A stretch of DNA of 64,000 nucleotides from an uncultured Planctomycetaceae bacterium. Its GTDB lineage: Bacteria; Planctomycetota; Planctomycetia; Planctomycetales; Planctomycetaceae. A model generated the notes under the pieces. It was not told where the DNA came from. It did no database searches and saw only the letters and a list, made by a program, of their open reading frames with translations. Position numbers and translations under genes: made by a program. The stretch spans positions 1,024,001 to 1,088,000 of the forward strand of contig CAWFGE010000013.1 in the NCBI GenBank assembly GCA_963815195.1, given 5' to 3'. Of the stretch, positions 24,994 through 35,632 are shown in pieces; within the stretch, counting starts at the first letter, position 1; each line of letters begins with the position of its first letter.

Positions 24994-26439
24994 ATGCGCT
25001 GGGAAACATTTCAAAGCACGAAGCGTTTGCGGATTTTCGGATGCTTGGCCTGTCTGGGGCTTTTGCTTTTCACGAGCCTCCTGAGGGCCGAGCCCTCGAA
25101 GCCGAACATCGTGTTCATCTTCGCCGACGACCTGGGCTGGCAGGATGCGGGGTTCGCGGGGAGTGATTTTTGCGAGACGCCGAACCTCGATCGGCTGGCC
25201 CGCGAGGGCATGGTGTTTCGGCAGGCGTATTCGTCGGCTGGCAATTGCGCCCCGAGCCGGGCCTGTTTGGTATCGGGCCAATACACGCCCCGCCATAGCG
25301 TGTACGCGGTGGGCCACACCAGCCGCGGCCCGAAAGAGCTCATGCGGATGCTGCCCGTGCCCAACAAGCTCACGCTGCCGGCTAAGACCGTCACGCTCGG
25401 CGACGCGATGAAATCCGCGGGCTACGCGACCGGGATGTTCGGCAAATGCCATCTCAATAGTGCGAATGGAACCAAATCCGAGCACGCGGGGTTCGACGTC
25501 GTCAAAGTCTCGCAGCATGGCCTCAACAGCAAGGATCCCAACGACCCCAAAGGGATCTTTTCCATCACGACCGCTGCGTGCGAGTTTATCGAGAACAACA
25601 AAGACCGGCCGTTCTTCGCCTACATCCCGCATTATGCGGTGCACACCAGGCTCCAGGCGCGAAAAGCCGCGCTCCAGCATTTTCGGAACAAGAAACCCGG
25701 AAAACTCCACGACAAACCCCTGTTCGCCGCGTGCGTGGCGGAGTTGGACACCGGCGTCGGGCTGGTGCTCGACAAGCTGGACGAATTGAAGCTTACGGAA
25801 AACACGTTGCTGGTGTTCACGAGCGACAACGGAGGAACCTCCTGGTCGCAGGAGCCGCTGCGGGGCAAAAAGGGATGTTACTACGAAGGCGGAATCCGCG
25901 AGCCGATGATCGTCCGCTGGCCCGGTGTCGTGCCGGCGGGAACCACTTGCGACGAGCCGGTGATCAACATCGATCTCTATCCCACATTCCTGGCGGCGGC
26001 GAACACGGCCCGGCCGGCCGAGCACATCCTCGACGGGGCCAACCTCTTGCCGTTGTTTCGGGGGAAGAAGGAATTTGAGCGCGAGGCGATTTTCTGGCAC
26101 TTTCCGGGCTACCTCGACGGTCCCGTCCCGCGCGGCCGGGATCCCGTATTCCGCACCCGGCCCGTCAGCGTGATCCATAAAGGCGATTGGAAGCTGCACC
26201 TCTATCACGAAGAATGGCAGCTCGACGGCGGCGGGGCGAACATCGGCACGAACCGGGCGGTCGAACTTTACAACCTGGCCGACGATCCCGGCGAGCGAAA
26301 AGATTTGGCCCAAGCCAATCCGGAGAAACGCGACGAACTGCTGGCGGATCTCTTTACCTGGATCTCCAAAGTTCCGGCTCCGCTCCCCACAAAAGCCAAT
26401 CCCGATTACCGCCCCGCGGCCAAGACACCGTCAAAGTAA
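24994..26439 (+). CDS. Sulfatase (formylglycine-dependent)
   Basis: PNIVFIFADDLG, CAPSRA (CxPxR), FTSDNG and GKKG..YEGGIREP motifs. Confidence 0.95.
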   Translation: MRWETFQSTKRLRIFGCLACLGLLLFTSLLRAEPSKPNIVFIFADDLGWQDAGFAGSDFCETPNLDRLAREGMVFRQAYSSAGNCAPSRACLVSGQYTPRHSVYAVGHTSRGPKELMRMLPVPNKLTLPAKTVTLGDAMKSAGYATGMFGKCHLNSANGTKSEHAGFDVVKVSQHGLNSKDPNDPKGIFSITTAACEFIENNKDRPFFAYIPHYAVHTRLQARKAALQHFRNKKPGKLHDKPLFAACVAELDTGVGLVLDKLDELKLTENTLLVFTSDNGGTSWSQEPLRGKKGCYYEGGIREPMIVRWPGVVPAGTTCDEPVINIDLYPTFLAAANTARPAEHILDGANLLPLFRGKKEFEREAIFWHFPGYLDGPVPRGRDPVFRTRPVSVIHKGDWKLHLYHEEWQLDGGGANIGTNRAVELYNLADDPGERKDLAQANPEKRDELLADLFTWISKVPAPLPTKANPDYRPAAKTPSK

Positions 26440-26518
26440 GCCCGGCCGTCGGGAAAATCCCTCGCCGGCGCTTCGGGCTCTGGAGAATCCTGGCAAAATC
26501 CGATTCACCGCATACGCC

Positions 26519-27853
26519 CTATTCTTGCGAGCGCAATTCCTCGGTCACCCGCGGCGGGTTTTGCGGTTCGTGGTTCATCAGCCGCCGCTGCACCAATTCC
26601 TGAATCACCAAGACGGGGCGGGCTTGCTCGATTTCCTCCGCCGGGAATTCGTTCGTCCATTTGTACGTCACGTCCCGAAAGTTGGGGGTGAGATACACCG
26701 AGAGCGCCATCATAAAGGAGTCGTGCAGCACAAACGCCCGCGGGATTTGCCCGTGTGCAAACGTCTGCCGGCGGACGCGTTCGTCGTCACTGCGCAGCGT
26801 GCCGTGGAATTGGATCGGGGCTCTTAACTCCTCGCGGCGCGGGACGAGGTCGATGACCTCTTCGCGGTACGGGATCGGCGAAGCGAGCATCACCGCCAAA
26901 TCCATCTTCACCCAAGGCGACACGTTCCGCACGTTGGAGATGTCGCAATCACACGTCACCAGTTCGTAATCGTCGAGCGCCGGGACCTTCACCTCGGCGA
27001 ACCAGGCTTGGATGGGCTTCATCAATTCTCGATAGCCGGCGAACGCGCCGTAAGCGTTCCAGTGCGTATCGGTCTTGTGGAACACCCGCCGCTCGGTTTT
27101 GGCCTGGAGGATGGCGTCTGTCAGGTTGATAAAGGTCAAATCGCTTTCGCGGGCCAGGTAATCCGCGAGTTGTCCTAACCGGGTTTGCTCGGTGACGCGG
27201 TTGATCGAGCGGGGCAGGTATTCGGAATAGATCGCCGGCTTGTTGGGAGCCACGACAAACACATAGCGGATGCCGCGCTTCGCCAGCCAGTCCCGGCGTT
27301 CGGTGAGGACCTGTTTCCACCGCGCAAGCTCGGCTTCGGAGAACAAATTGGTGCCGCGGTAATCTTCGATGGCATCGTCGCCGTCGTAAAACAGCCAACC
27401 GTCGCGGCCGACGAGGACGCGGGACGGGCCGGTCCCGCTGCCGGCTTCCGAGCCGAGGTGCCGAATCAATCCCTCGGCCGCCGCTCCGGAGTGGACCGCC
27501 ATTTTGGAAAGTTGGTTGGGCGTCCAACCGTAATACCGGGCGACTTGAAACACCTGAATCAGCCGCCGACGAAAGCCGATGCGGTCATTGAACCATTTCT
27601 CGAACTCGTGCGGGAACTTTTTCAGGCTCCGCGAGTCGGGGCGAGAGATGAATCCGCTTTGTTTGAGCTTGATCTCGGGAAACGCCGCGGCCTTGCGTCC
27701 TTCGGCCTTTTCGATTTCGTCCGAGACATCCGCGCGAAACACCCCCAAAAACGGCAACCCGATCGTGACCAGAAAGCCGACGATCAATAGCGCATTCGCG
27801 ACATTCTGAATGCGTTTGGAGAAGTCGTTATTCGAGGAACCAAACAGGGTCAT
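26519..27853 (-). CDS. AlgJ/AlgX-family O-acetyltransferase
   Basis: GRDGWLFY, VAPNK and KTDTHWN motifs; downstream of an MBOAT gene. Confidence 0.88.
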   Translation of the reverse strand: MTLFGSSNNDFSKRIQNVANALLIVGFLVTIGLPFLGVFRADVSDEIEKAEGRKAAAFPEIKLKQSGFISRPDSRSLKKFPHEFEKWFNDRIGFRRRLIQVFQVARYYGWTPNQLSKMAVHSGAAAEGLIRHLGSEAGSGTGPSRVLVGRDGWLFYDGDDAIEDYRGTNLFSEAELARWKQVLTERRDWLAKRGIRYVFVVAPNKPAIYSEYLPRSINRVTEQTRLGQLADYLARESDLTFINLTDAILQAKTERRVFHKTDTHWNAYGAFAGYRELMKPIQAWFAEVKVPALDDYELVTCDCDISNVRNVSPWVKMDLAVMLASPIPYREEVIDLVPRREELRAPIQFHGTLRSDDERVRRQTFAHGQIPRAFVLHDSFMMALSVYLTPNFRDVTYKWTNEFPAEEIEQARPVLVIQELVQRRLMNHEPQNPPRVTEELRSQE

Positions 27854-27897
27854 CGCAGGTTCTCTTCACTTTGCGCCTTAGCGACTTGGCGTGAGAT

Positions 27898-29355
27898 TCA
27901 AAACCGAAAATAAATAAACGGATTGTGCGTCCCGGCGGACATGACGGCGGCGGAGGCGACGAGCAATAACAACAACGATCCCAACCGCAGCGAGGCCCCG
28001 AAGATGCTCATGGCTCCTTGAGGCACCGCCTTCGTGCCGGGGTTTTCGAGCAGCGATTGATAACGCTCGCCCAGCCAGGGAACCCAAGGCGTGCTGCCGA
28101 TCGCGGCGGCGAACAACACCAGCCAGAGTCCTTTATCCAAATAAAGCCCGATGGGATATTTCGCATTCGCGGCGGCCCCGAATCCCGCGAGGGCCTGAAA
28201 ATACGCCAGCCCATGCGACAGCGTGACCGTGCGGAACAACACCCAACCGCCCATCACCGCGAGCAGAGTATAAACATGCCGCAGCGGCCGCCAGCGGGTT
28301 TCGATCCAGCCCCCGACACCCCGGCGTTCGAGCATCAGGAAGGCTCCGTGATAGATGCCCCACACGGCGAAGTTCCAACTTGCCCCGTGCCAAAGTCCGC
28401 AGAGCACGAACACGATCATCAAGTTGAGCGAGGCCCGCCAAGGCGAGCAGCGATTGCCGCCGAGCGGGATATACAGGTAATCGCGATACCAGGACGACAG
28501 CGAGATATGCCACCGCCGCCAGAACTCCGTCACGGATTGGGCGATGTAGGGATAATTGAAATTCTCAAGGAAGCGGAAGCCGAACATCCGCCCGAGGCCG
28601 ATCGCCATGTCCGAATAGCCGGAAAAGTCGAAGTAGATCTGAATCGTATAACACAGGATACCCAGCCAGGCGACGCCGAAGGACAGCTGGCTGTCGGGAA
28701 TGTCGAAGACGGCGTCCGCGACCGACGCCGCGGAGTTGGCGAGGAGCATCTTTTTGCCCAGCCCCACGATGAACCGCTGGATGCCATAGCCGAAGCCGTC
28801 GGCAGCGATCGTGCGGTCTTTGATCTGGGCGGCCACATCGACATAGCGGACAATCGGCCCGGCGATCAGTTGCGGGAACAAGGCGATATAAAGCGCCACG
28901 TTGATCGGGTTCCGTTCCGCCTCAGCCTGGCCGCGGTACACGTCGATCACATAAGACATCGCCTGGAAGGTATAAAACGAAATCCCGATGGGCAGCGTCA
29001 CATCAGGCCGGTCCAACGTCGGCGCGGCGAGAAAGGCGAGCAGCGTGTTGAGGCTCTCGATCAGAAACCCGGCGTATTTGAAGTACACCAGAAAGCTCAG
29101 ATTGAGCGCGACGGCGACGGCCACCAGGCCCTTCGCCGTTTTCTGATCGCGGGCATTTCCCACCCAGTAGCCGAAGGCATAGTTCATCCCGGTGGAGATC
29201 AGCATCAACACGACCAAGGCCGGCTCGCCCCAGGCGTAGAACCAGAGGCTCGCCAACAGGAGGAGCACGTTGCGGGCCGGCTTCGGGCAGAGAAAATACA
29301 GCGCCAGCAAAACCGGCAAAAACCCGAACAGAAACACGGGTGAACTAAACAGCAT
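27898..29355 (-). CDS. AlgI/DltB-family MBOAT O-acyltransferase
   Basis: LPIGISFYTFQ, DFSGYSDMAIG, FWRRWHISLS and GLWHGA motifs. Confidence 0.95.
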   Translation of the reverse strand: MLFSSPVFLFGFLPVLLALYFLCPKPARNVLLLLASLWFYAWGEPALVVLMLISTGMNYAFGYWVGNARDQKTAKGLVAVAVALNLSFLVYFKYAGFLIESLNTLLAFLAAPTLDRPDVTLPIGISFYTFQAMSYVIDVYRGQAEAERNPINVALYIALFPQLIAGPIVRYVDVAAQIKDRTIAADGFGYGIQRFIVGLGKKMLLANSAASVADAVFDIPDSQLSFGVAWLGILCYTIQIYFDFSGYSDMAIGLGRMFGFRFLENFNYPYIAQSVTEFWRRWHISLSSWYRDYLYIPLGGNRCSPWRASLNLMIVFVLCGLWHGASWNFAVWGIYHGAFLMLERRGVGGWIETRWRPLRHVYTLLAVMGGWVLFRTVTLSHGLAYFQALAGFGAAANAKYPIGLYLDKGLWLVLFAAAIGSTPWVPWLGERYQSLLENPGTKAVPQGAMSIFGASLRLGSLLLLLVASAAVMSAGTHNPFIYFRF

Positions 29356-29400
29356 CGCGTTCTTCCATCCCGTTACAAAACTTTTGAAGTTGCGCGTTCT

Positions 29401-29483
29401 GTGAGCGGCACGGCGCTAGCCGCCGGTCCTTGAATATCGAAGTTTCCATTGAAAAGACCGGGGGCTAGCGCCCTTCCGCTCAC
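29401..29483. repeat. REP doublet (GAGCGG...GCGCTAGCC family)
   Basis: GTGAGCGGCACGGCGCTAGCCGCCGGT ... ACCGGGGGCTAGCGCCCTTCCGCTCAC inverted pair; same family as 58179-58441. Confidence 0.8.
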
Positions 29484-29729
29484 GTTTTGCGACGTCGCGC
29501 AACTTCCAAACATAAAATCCAGAGGTCCTCGCGCGGAGCATATACGCAAGAACTTTGTCTGGTGTCAACGGCAGAATTCTGTTCCAATGTCCCGCGGGGA
29601 ACCGGCCTATGGAGTGGGCAGCGCCCGCCGCATTCCCTAAAATGCCGTCATCAGAAAGCATACTTCCCGATCGCCGTTCCCGATGGAAATCCCCGGCGGT
29701 CCTCCCTTTTGATTTTAAGGTTCAGGACG

Positions 29730-30905
<1,176 letters not shown>

Positions 30906-31066
30906 ACACCAAAGCCCAGATTCGCGAAGCGTACTCTGGGTCCCCGACGTGCCAAGAATCCATACGCCGAAGGCGTTATACAATTCGGTAGTTCCCAATT
31001 ATGGAAAAAGGACCAAAGGTCCGGCCCGATGTCAGCCCAGACATCTGAGGTTTTTTCAAGTGGGTT

Positions 31067-32048
31067 TCAGGTGGTTTCTGTTGTTGTTTCCAATAAATTC
31101 CAGACGGGGCTGTTTCTGATTGTGAGTTGTTCCTGGTACTTCATTTCCGAGTAAGGGGTGCCGGTTTGCCACATCCGAAAGATGATGCGAATCCATTTGA
31201 AGGCCAAGGCGCGGACCGCGGCGTGGTGGCTCATGCCGGCCGCGCGTTTCATTTGATAGAACGCTCGGGACCAATCGCTCCAGCGGCGGGCCTGGTCGGC
31301 GAACTCGTGGAATGTCTGCCGGAGAAATTTGGGGCAGGCGATTCGCGACAACACGAGCCGGGTCTTCCCGCTTTGCTTGGTGATCGGGGCGATGCCGCTT
31401 TTGGATTGCACGTCCCCGGCGTCTTGGTAGCGGTCCCGGTCGGAGCCCGCTTAAGATCGCCCAAGCTCGGCCAGCGGCGAAGCACGGCGAGCAACAGGGG
31501 TTGGCGACTCTTGCCGGCACACCATTCGAGCAGTTGCGGAAAATACAGCTTGAGCGTGCCTTCGAGCTTCTGCACAAGGGTTTTGCGGTCATCGACCAGC
31601 TTGCGGCGAAGTTCGGACAACTCGGCCAGGCGGCGGGTTTCGGGATCGTCCGCCACGAACGGGAGGAGTTGCTCCTGATGGTTTTGCAGAAAGCGGGCCA
31701 AGAGTGCGCATCGTCTGGATCGGATTTCGCTCCCGAAGGATGAATCGCGTCCCGATAGCGGGCCAGCTGCTTGGGATTGATGGGATACAGTTCGAGTTCC
31801 AGGTCGGCGAAACGGCGGAGCGCGTTCATCAGCGCGCCGCGGCTTTGCTCCAACGCGATCCGAATCGGGCGACCGGGGAATTGCTTCCGCAGGCCGGCGA
31901 GCCAGTCGGCAATCGCTTCGGGCGTGTGTTCGAGTTGCCGGTGTTCGGTTCCGCCGTCGGGAAGCAGCCGGCAGACGGCATGTTCGCGGTCGGCCCAATC
32001 GAGGCCGATCAGCACACAGGCATTGGGGTCGAGCAAATTCGAGTGCAT
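31067..32048 (-). pseudogene. IS110 recombinase/transposase, frameshifted and internally deleted
   Basis: RuvC-like DEDD motifs (IGLDWA, IALEQ, KSDPDDA) and C-terminal SGIAPITKQSGK...AVRALAFKWIRI are spread over three frames. Frame breaks at about 31705 and 31445. Confidence 0.9.
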
Positions 32049-32079
32049 GGGGGATCGTCTCCTGTTAAAGTGAAACACA

Positions 32080-32256
32080 ATCAAAAAGGGCACGCGATCT
32101 TGGGAGCGGGCGAAAACCTTATAGTCCGAGACGTTTTGGCGTCATCATCTGGAGTGATTCGTTGGTTCCCAAGAGCATCGTCCCGCTCGAAAGTCTGGGC
32201 TCAATCGTTGAAGCGATGGGGCGCACGATTCGTAGCGGGGCGACGCGTGCCTGATT
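32080..32256 (-). ncRNA. Predicted IS110 bridge RNA (target-binding and donor-binding loops)
   Basis: Guide segments at 32219-32225 and 32195-32201 match the insertion site; 32146-32151 and 32118-32124 match the element's circle junction. Each pair flanks a small hairpin inside a larger stem. Confidence 0.85.
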
Positions 32257-33076
32257 TTGATCCTCTCAAAGTTGGGGCTGGAAAAACAGGAAAAAAACGG
32301 CGCTGGATCGGCTCCGGCGCGGAAGAGTCCGTGGGGAGAGACTTGCGTCCCCCCGCCCTCTCCCGCGGCCGATCCATCCCTCAGCAAATCCTATAAGGGC
32401 GCAGCCCTGGGAACGGGAACGAACAAAATGCAAAAGCCCCCGCGGGGCGGTCCTAAACCGGAGATGCGCAGGTGACTGCGTGGGTTTGAAGCCGCCCCTG
32501 CACGTGACACATAGGGCCGCCCCGTTGGGGCTTGCGTTTCATTAATCATCCGTAACCCAGGCCGGCGCTGCGCTTGGCCTGGGCTGACATAGAGCCGGGC
32601 CTTCGGCCCTAAATTCTTTTGGTGCAGGCGTCTCGCCCGCCAATGCAGCCGGGACGGTTGCACCATGATCACGCGAAATTTGAAACGACTGATTTTGAAT
32701 AACGCCTTCGGCGTGTGTTTCATGATTGTCAACACGACACCCAAGGTGTCGCGGCTGTGCCGTTGACCTTGGGATTTGTTCTCTAACGCCTTCGGCGTAA
32801 GACTCCGTCCACAAAACTCTTGCAAATCCTGCAATTCTGGGATGTTCTCCGGCGAAGTCTCTTTGCAAACGCGAAATTTCCCAAAAAACCTCCGAGCGTT
32901 TAACGTCTTTTTGTAACTGAAGTTGCGACCACAGCCGGCCAAGAGAACCCGAAAAAATCTCCTAGAGGCCGGAATCGGCCTCAAGTTTGCATTTGAAGAG
33001 GGGCGTTCGGCAAGGATGTCGAACTCCCGGCGATTCCCTTCCGCCGCCTCCCGCAAACTGATGGAGCGACAATCAC

Positions 33077-34456
33077 ATGCGTTTGAGCAAGGATGCTCTC
33101 AAGAACCCGTTCTTATTCGCTTTGGCCGGGCTAATCTTCTCGGCCGGCTTCGCACCCGCCGCCACCTTCCGCACGCGGAATTTCCTCGTCACGGCTCCCA
33201 CCCCCGAAGTCGCCGAGCAATGCGGAAAATGCGCCGAGCATTACCGCAAAACGCTCGCGGAAGACTGGCTCGGCGAGGAAATGAAACCCTGGTTCAAGCC
33301 CTGCACTTTAACGGTCAAAGTCGGGCAGATTGGAGCCGGCGGTGCGACGACGTTCGCCTTCGACCGCGGCGAAGTCTTCGGCTGGCGGATGAACGTCCAA
33401 GGCAGCATGGAACGCATCCTGGACAGCGTCATCCCCCACGAAGTCAGCCATACGATCCTCGCGTGCCATTTCCGCCGGCCGCTCCCACGGTGGGCCGATG
33501 AAGGCGCCGCGACGCTGATCGAGCACGAATCCGAACGCCGGCGGCAGGCACTCTTGCTCCAGCAGGTCTGGAACACGTCGCAACGGATCCCGCTCAAAAA
33601 ACTGTTGTCGATTAAAGACTATCCCCGCGAAATGCAGCACGTGCTCACGCTGTATGCCGAGGGTTATTCGCTGGCCGACTTCCTGGTGCAAGCCGGCGGC
33701 AAGACGCGGTATCTGGAGTTCTTGGAAACCGCCCACCGCAACGGCTGGGACCGGGCCATCGAGGAACATTACCGTCTCGAAGGCGTGGACGATCTGGAAA
33801 GCCGGTGGAACAAGTGGATCATGGCCGGCAGCCCGCGGTTGAACATCCCCAAAGACACGCAGCTTGCCTCGAATGACGAGCCGAAAGCCCCTCGTCCCGA
33901 GCCTTCCGAAGAAGATTTTCAGCGCCCGGTCATTCGCGGCCAATCGCCTGAAACTCAGGCCCCCGTGGAAGCGCAAGTCGCGGCCGCGGTGCAGCATCCA
34001 CCGGCGTCTGTCGAACCCAATGCCCATTTGGCGCTCCCCAAAGCGAACGAAATCCGGCAGGAATCCCCCGGCTGGCGACGGATGCGGCGGAAACTCGAAG
34101 AAATCCCCGAGGACTTTGTAAATCCTGCAAACGATCCCGCAAAATCTGCAATCGGACGCGAAGTGCAAACCGCCGAGGTGGAACCGGCATCGCCTCTCCC
34201 AAATCCCAACCGGCCGACCGCCGGCACGCGCCCAAACCCCGCCGGCACTCGGATGGAAACCCAAGCTTCGCCCGCCCCGCCTCGAAACGAACCGCCGTTC
34301 CGGTTTGAGCTCGGCGGTTCTGAATACGAAAGTTCTCCTGGAGGACAGACTCTCGGTAATGGTCGCGCGCCGAACGGGTCCGAATTTCCCCGCACTCGGA
34401 CCGCACGCGACCCGGCCACGCTCGGCCAGGCATCCGAACGTCCCTTCTCTCCCTAG
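33077..34456 (+). CDS. Secreted zinc-metallopeptidase-like protein with a Pro-rich disordered C-terminus
   Basis: IPHEVSH (HEXXH) followed by LPRWADEGAA; signal-peptide-like N-terminus. Confidence 0.75.
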   Translation: MRLSKDALKNPFLFALAGLIFSAGFAPAATFRTRNFLVTAPTPEVAEQCGKCAEHYRKTLAEDWLGEEMKPWFKPCTLTVKVGQIGAGGATTFAFDRGEVFGWRMNVQGSMERILDSVIPHEVSHTILACHFRRPLPRWADEGAATLIEHESERRRQALLLQQVWNTSQRIPLKKLLSIKDYPREMQHVLTLYAEGYSLADFLVQAGGKTRYLEFLETAHRNGWDRAIEEHYRLEGVDDLESRWNKWIMAGSPRLNIPKDTQLASNDEPKAPRPEPSEEDFQRPVIRGQSPETQAPVEAQVAAAVQHPPASVEPNAHLALPKANEIRQESPGWRRMRRKLEEIPEDFVNPANDPAKSAIGREVQTAEVEPASPLPNPNRPTAGTRPNPAGTRMETQASPAPPRNEPPFRFELGGSEYESSPGGQTLGNGRAPNGSEFPRTRTARDPATLGQASERPFSP

Positions 34457-34632
34457 CGGACCGGATGGTCGAGCTCCCCGCCGACCGGTTGACTGTTCCT
34501 CCCCCCTCCGACGAGCCACCGTTCCCCCCGCGGTGGCTCGTCTTTTTTCGTTGGGCTTGAGGTGCGGCTTCGCCTGGGTGAGAATCGGGGAAGATCTCCA
34601 CCATGACACACCTCGGCAGAAGGAAGGCTTCC

Positions 34633-35622
34633 ATGAGACTCGGCGCGATTTCTTTCGCTGTGATGATTTCGTTCGGTTGGAATCTTCCATGCTCGACGGC
34701 CCAAAACGAAACGCAGGCCGGCTCCAATGCGAGGCGGCCGAAATCCGATGCAGAGCTGAAGCGCTGGCTGGAGAACATGATTTGGCATCATCGCTTCTCC
34801 GATGCGGAAATCGCCGAGGCCACCGGGCTGTCCGCCGAGGAAATCGAAAAGGCCAAACAGCGGTTCGGCATCCGAACGGACAACGCCCCCAAACGAGCCA
34901 AGGCTGACAAGCTGCTGGTGCTGCCTTATCCCGGAGGCCGGCACCCGCGGATTGGCTTTCTCGAAGGAGCCATCCGCCCGCAGCGGGAAACGAAGATCAG
35001 CGTGTTTCTGCCTTGGAAAGATGCGGGATACGTCGTCGCGGATATTCCCGAAGCCATCTGGTGGAACAACACCGGCGGGCGGGAACTGTTGTATCTGGCT
35101 CATACGCATGTGCCCACCACCTGGACCAAACAAAACATCGAACTGCCCAGTTTGGAATGGAACGAACAGAAAGACGGCACCCTGCGGATGGAGCGAAAAC
35201 TACCAAATGCCGTGACCTTCGGAACGGAAGTCCGGCCGGGAAAACAGGGCGTCAAAATGCGGATGTGGTTGACCAACGGCACGGAAACGACGCTGGCAGG
35301 ACTCCGCGTGCAGAACTGCGTGATGTTCAAGGGCGCTCCCGCGTTCGCCGGTCAAACCAATGAGAACAAAGTTTTCCAAGCCCCATATGCGGCCTGCCGG
35401 GACCAGACGGGCAAGCGGTGGGTCATCGCGGCCTGGTCGCCTTGCCAGCGCACGTGGGGCAATGTCGGCTGCCCCTGCATGCACTCCGATCCGCAGTTTC
35501 CCGATTGTCCGCCGGGCAAAACCGTCGAGCTGTTCGGCTGGCTGTCGTTTTACGAAGGCGGAGACATCACCGCGGAGTTCAAACGTCTGGATCGTTTGAA
35601 CTGGGAGAAATCGGCGGAGTAA
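34633..35622 (+). CDS. Hypothetical secreted protein
   Basis: Long ORF with a signal peptide after an AAGGAAGG RBS; no motif recognised. Confidence 0.75.
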   Translation: MRLGAISFAVMISFGWNLPCSTAQNETQAGSNARRPKSDAELKRWLENMIWHHRFSDAEIAEATGLSAEEIEKAKQRFGIRTDNAPKRAKADKLLVLPYPGGRHPRIGFLEGAIRPQRETKISVFLPWKDAGYVVADIPEAIWWNNTGGRELLYLAHTHVPTTWTKQNIELPSLEWNEQKDGTLRMERKLPNAVTFGTEVRPGKQGVKMRMWLTNGTETTLAGLRVQNCVMFKGAPAFAGQTNENKVFQAPYAACRDQTGKRWVIAAWSPCQRTWGNVGCPCMHSDPQFPDCPPGKTVELFGWLSFYEGGDITAEFKRLDRLNWEKSAE

Positions 35623-35632
35623 TCGTCGCCCA

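Larger units (their letters stand above)
31041..32397 (-). mobile_element. IS110-family insertion sequence, internally deleted
   Basis: No terminal inverted repeats. AG (CT on the minus strand) at 31039-31040 and 32396-32397. Excision restores the hairpin CCCAGGGC-GCA-GCCCTGGG. Confidence 0.92.
30985..32692. mobile_element. MITE-like element (family B), copy 2, interrupted by IS110
   Basis: Left end TCGGTAGTTCCCAATTATGG..GGACCAAAGGTCCGG resembles 22425-22465. Right part 32510-32692 aligns with 22503-22672. Confidence 0.65.

Noticed and set aside
26519..29355. AlgI/AlgJ pair as a novel system
   Set aside because: A common O-acetylation module; its substrate cannot be inferred from this window.
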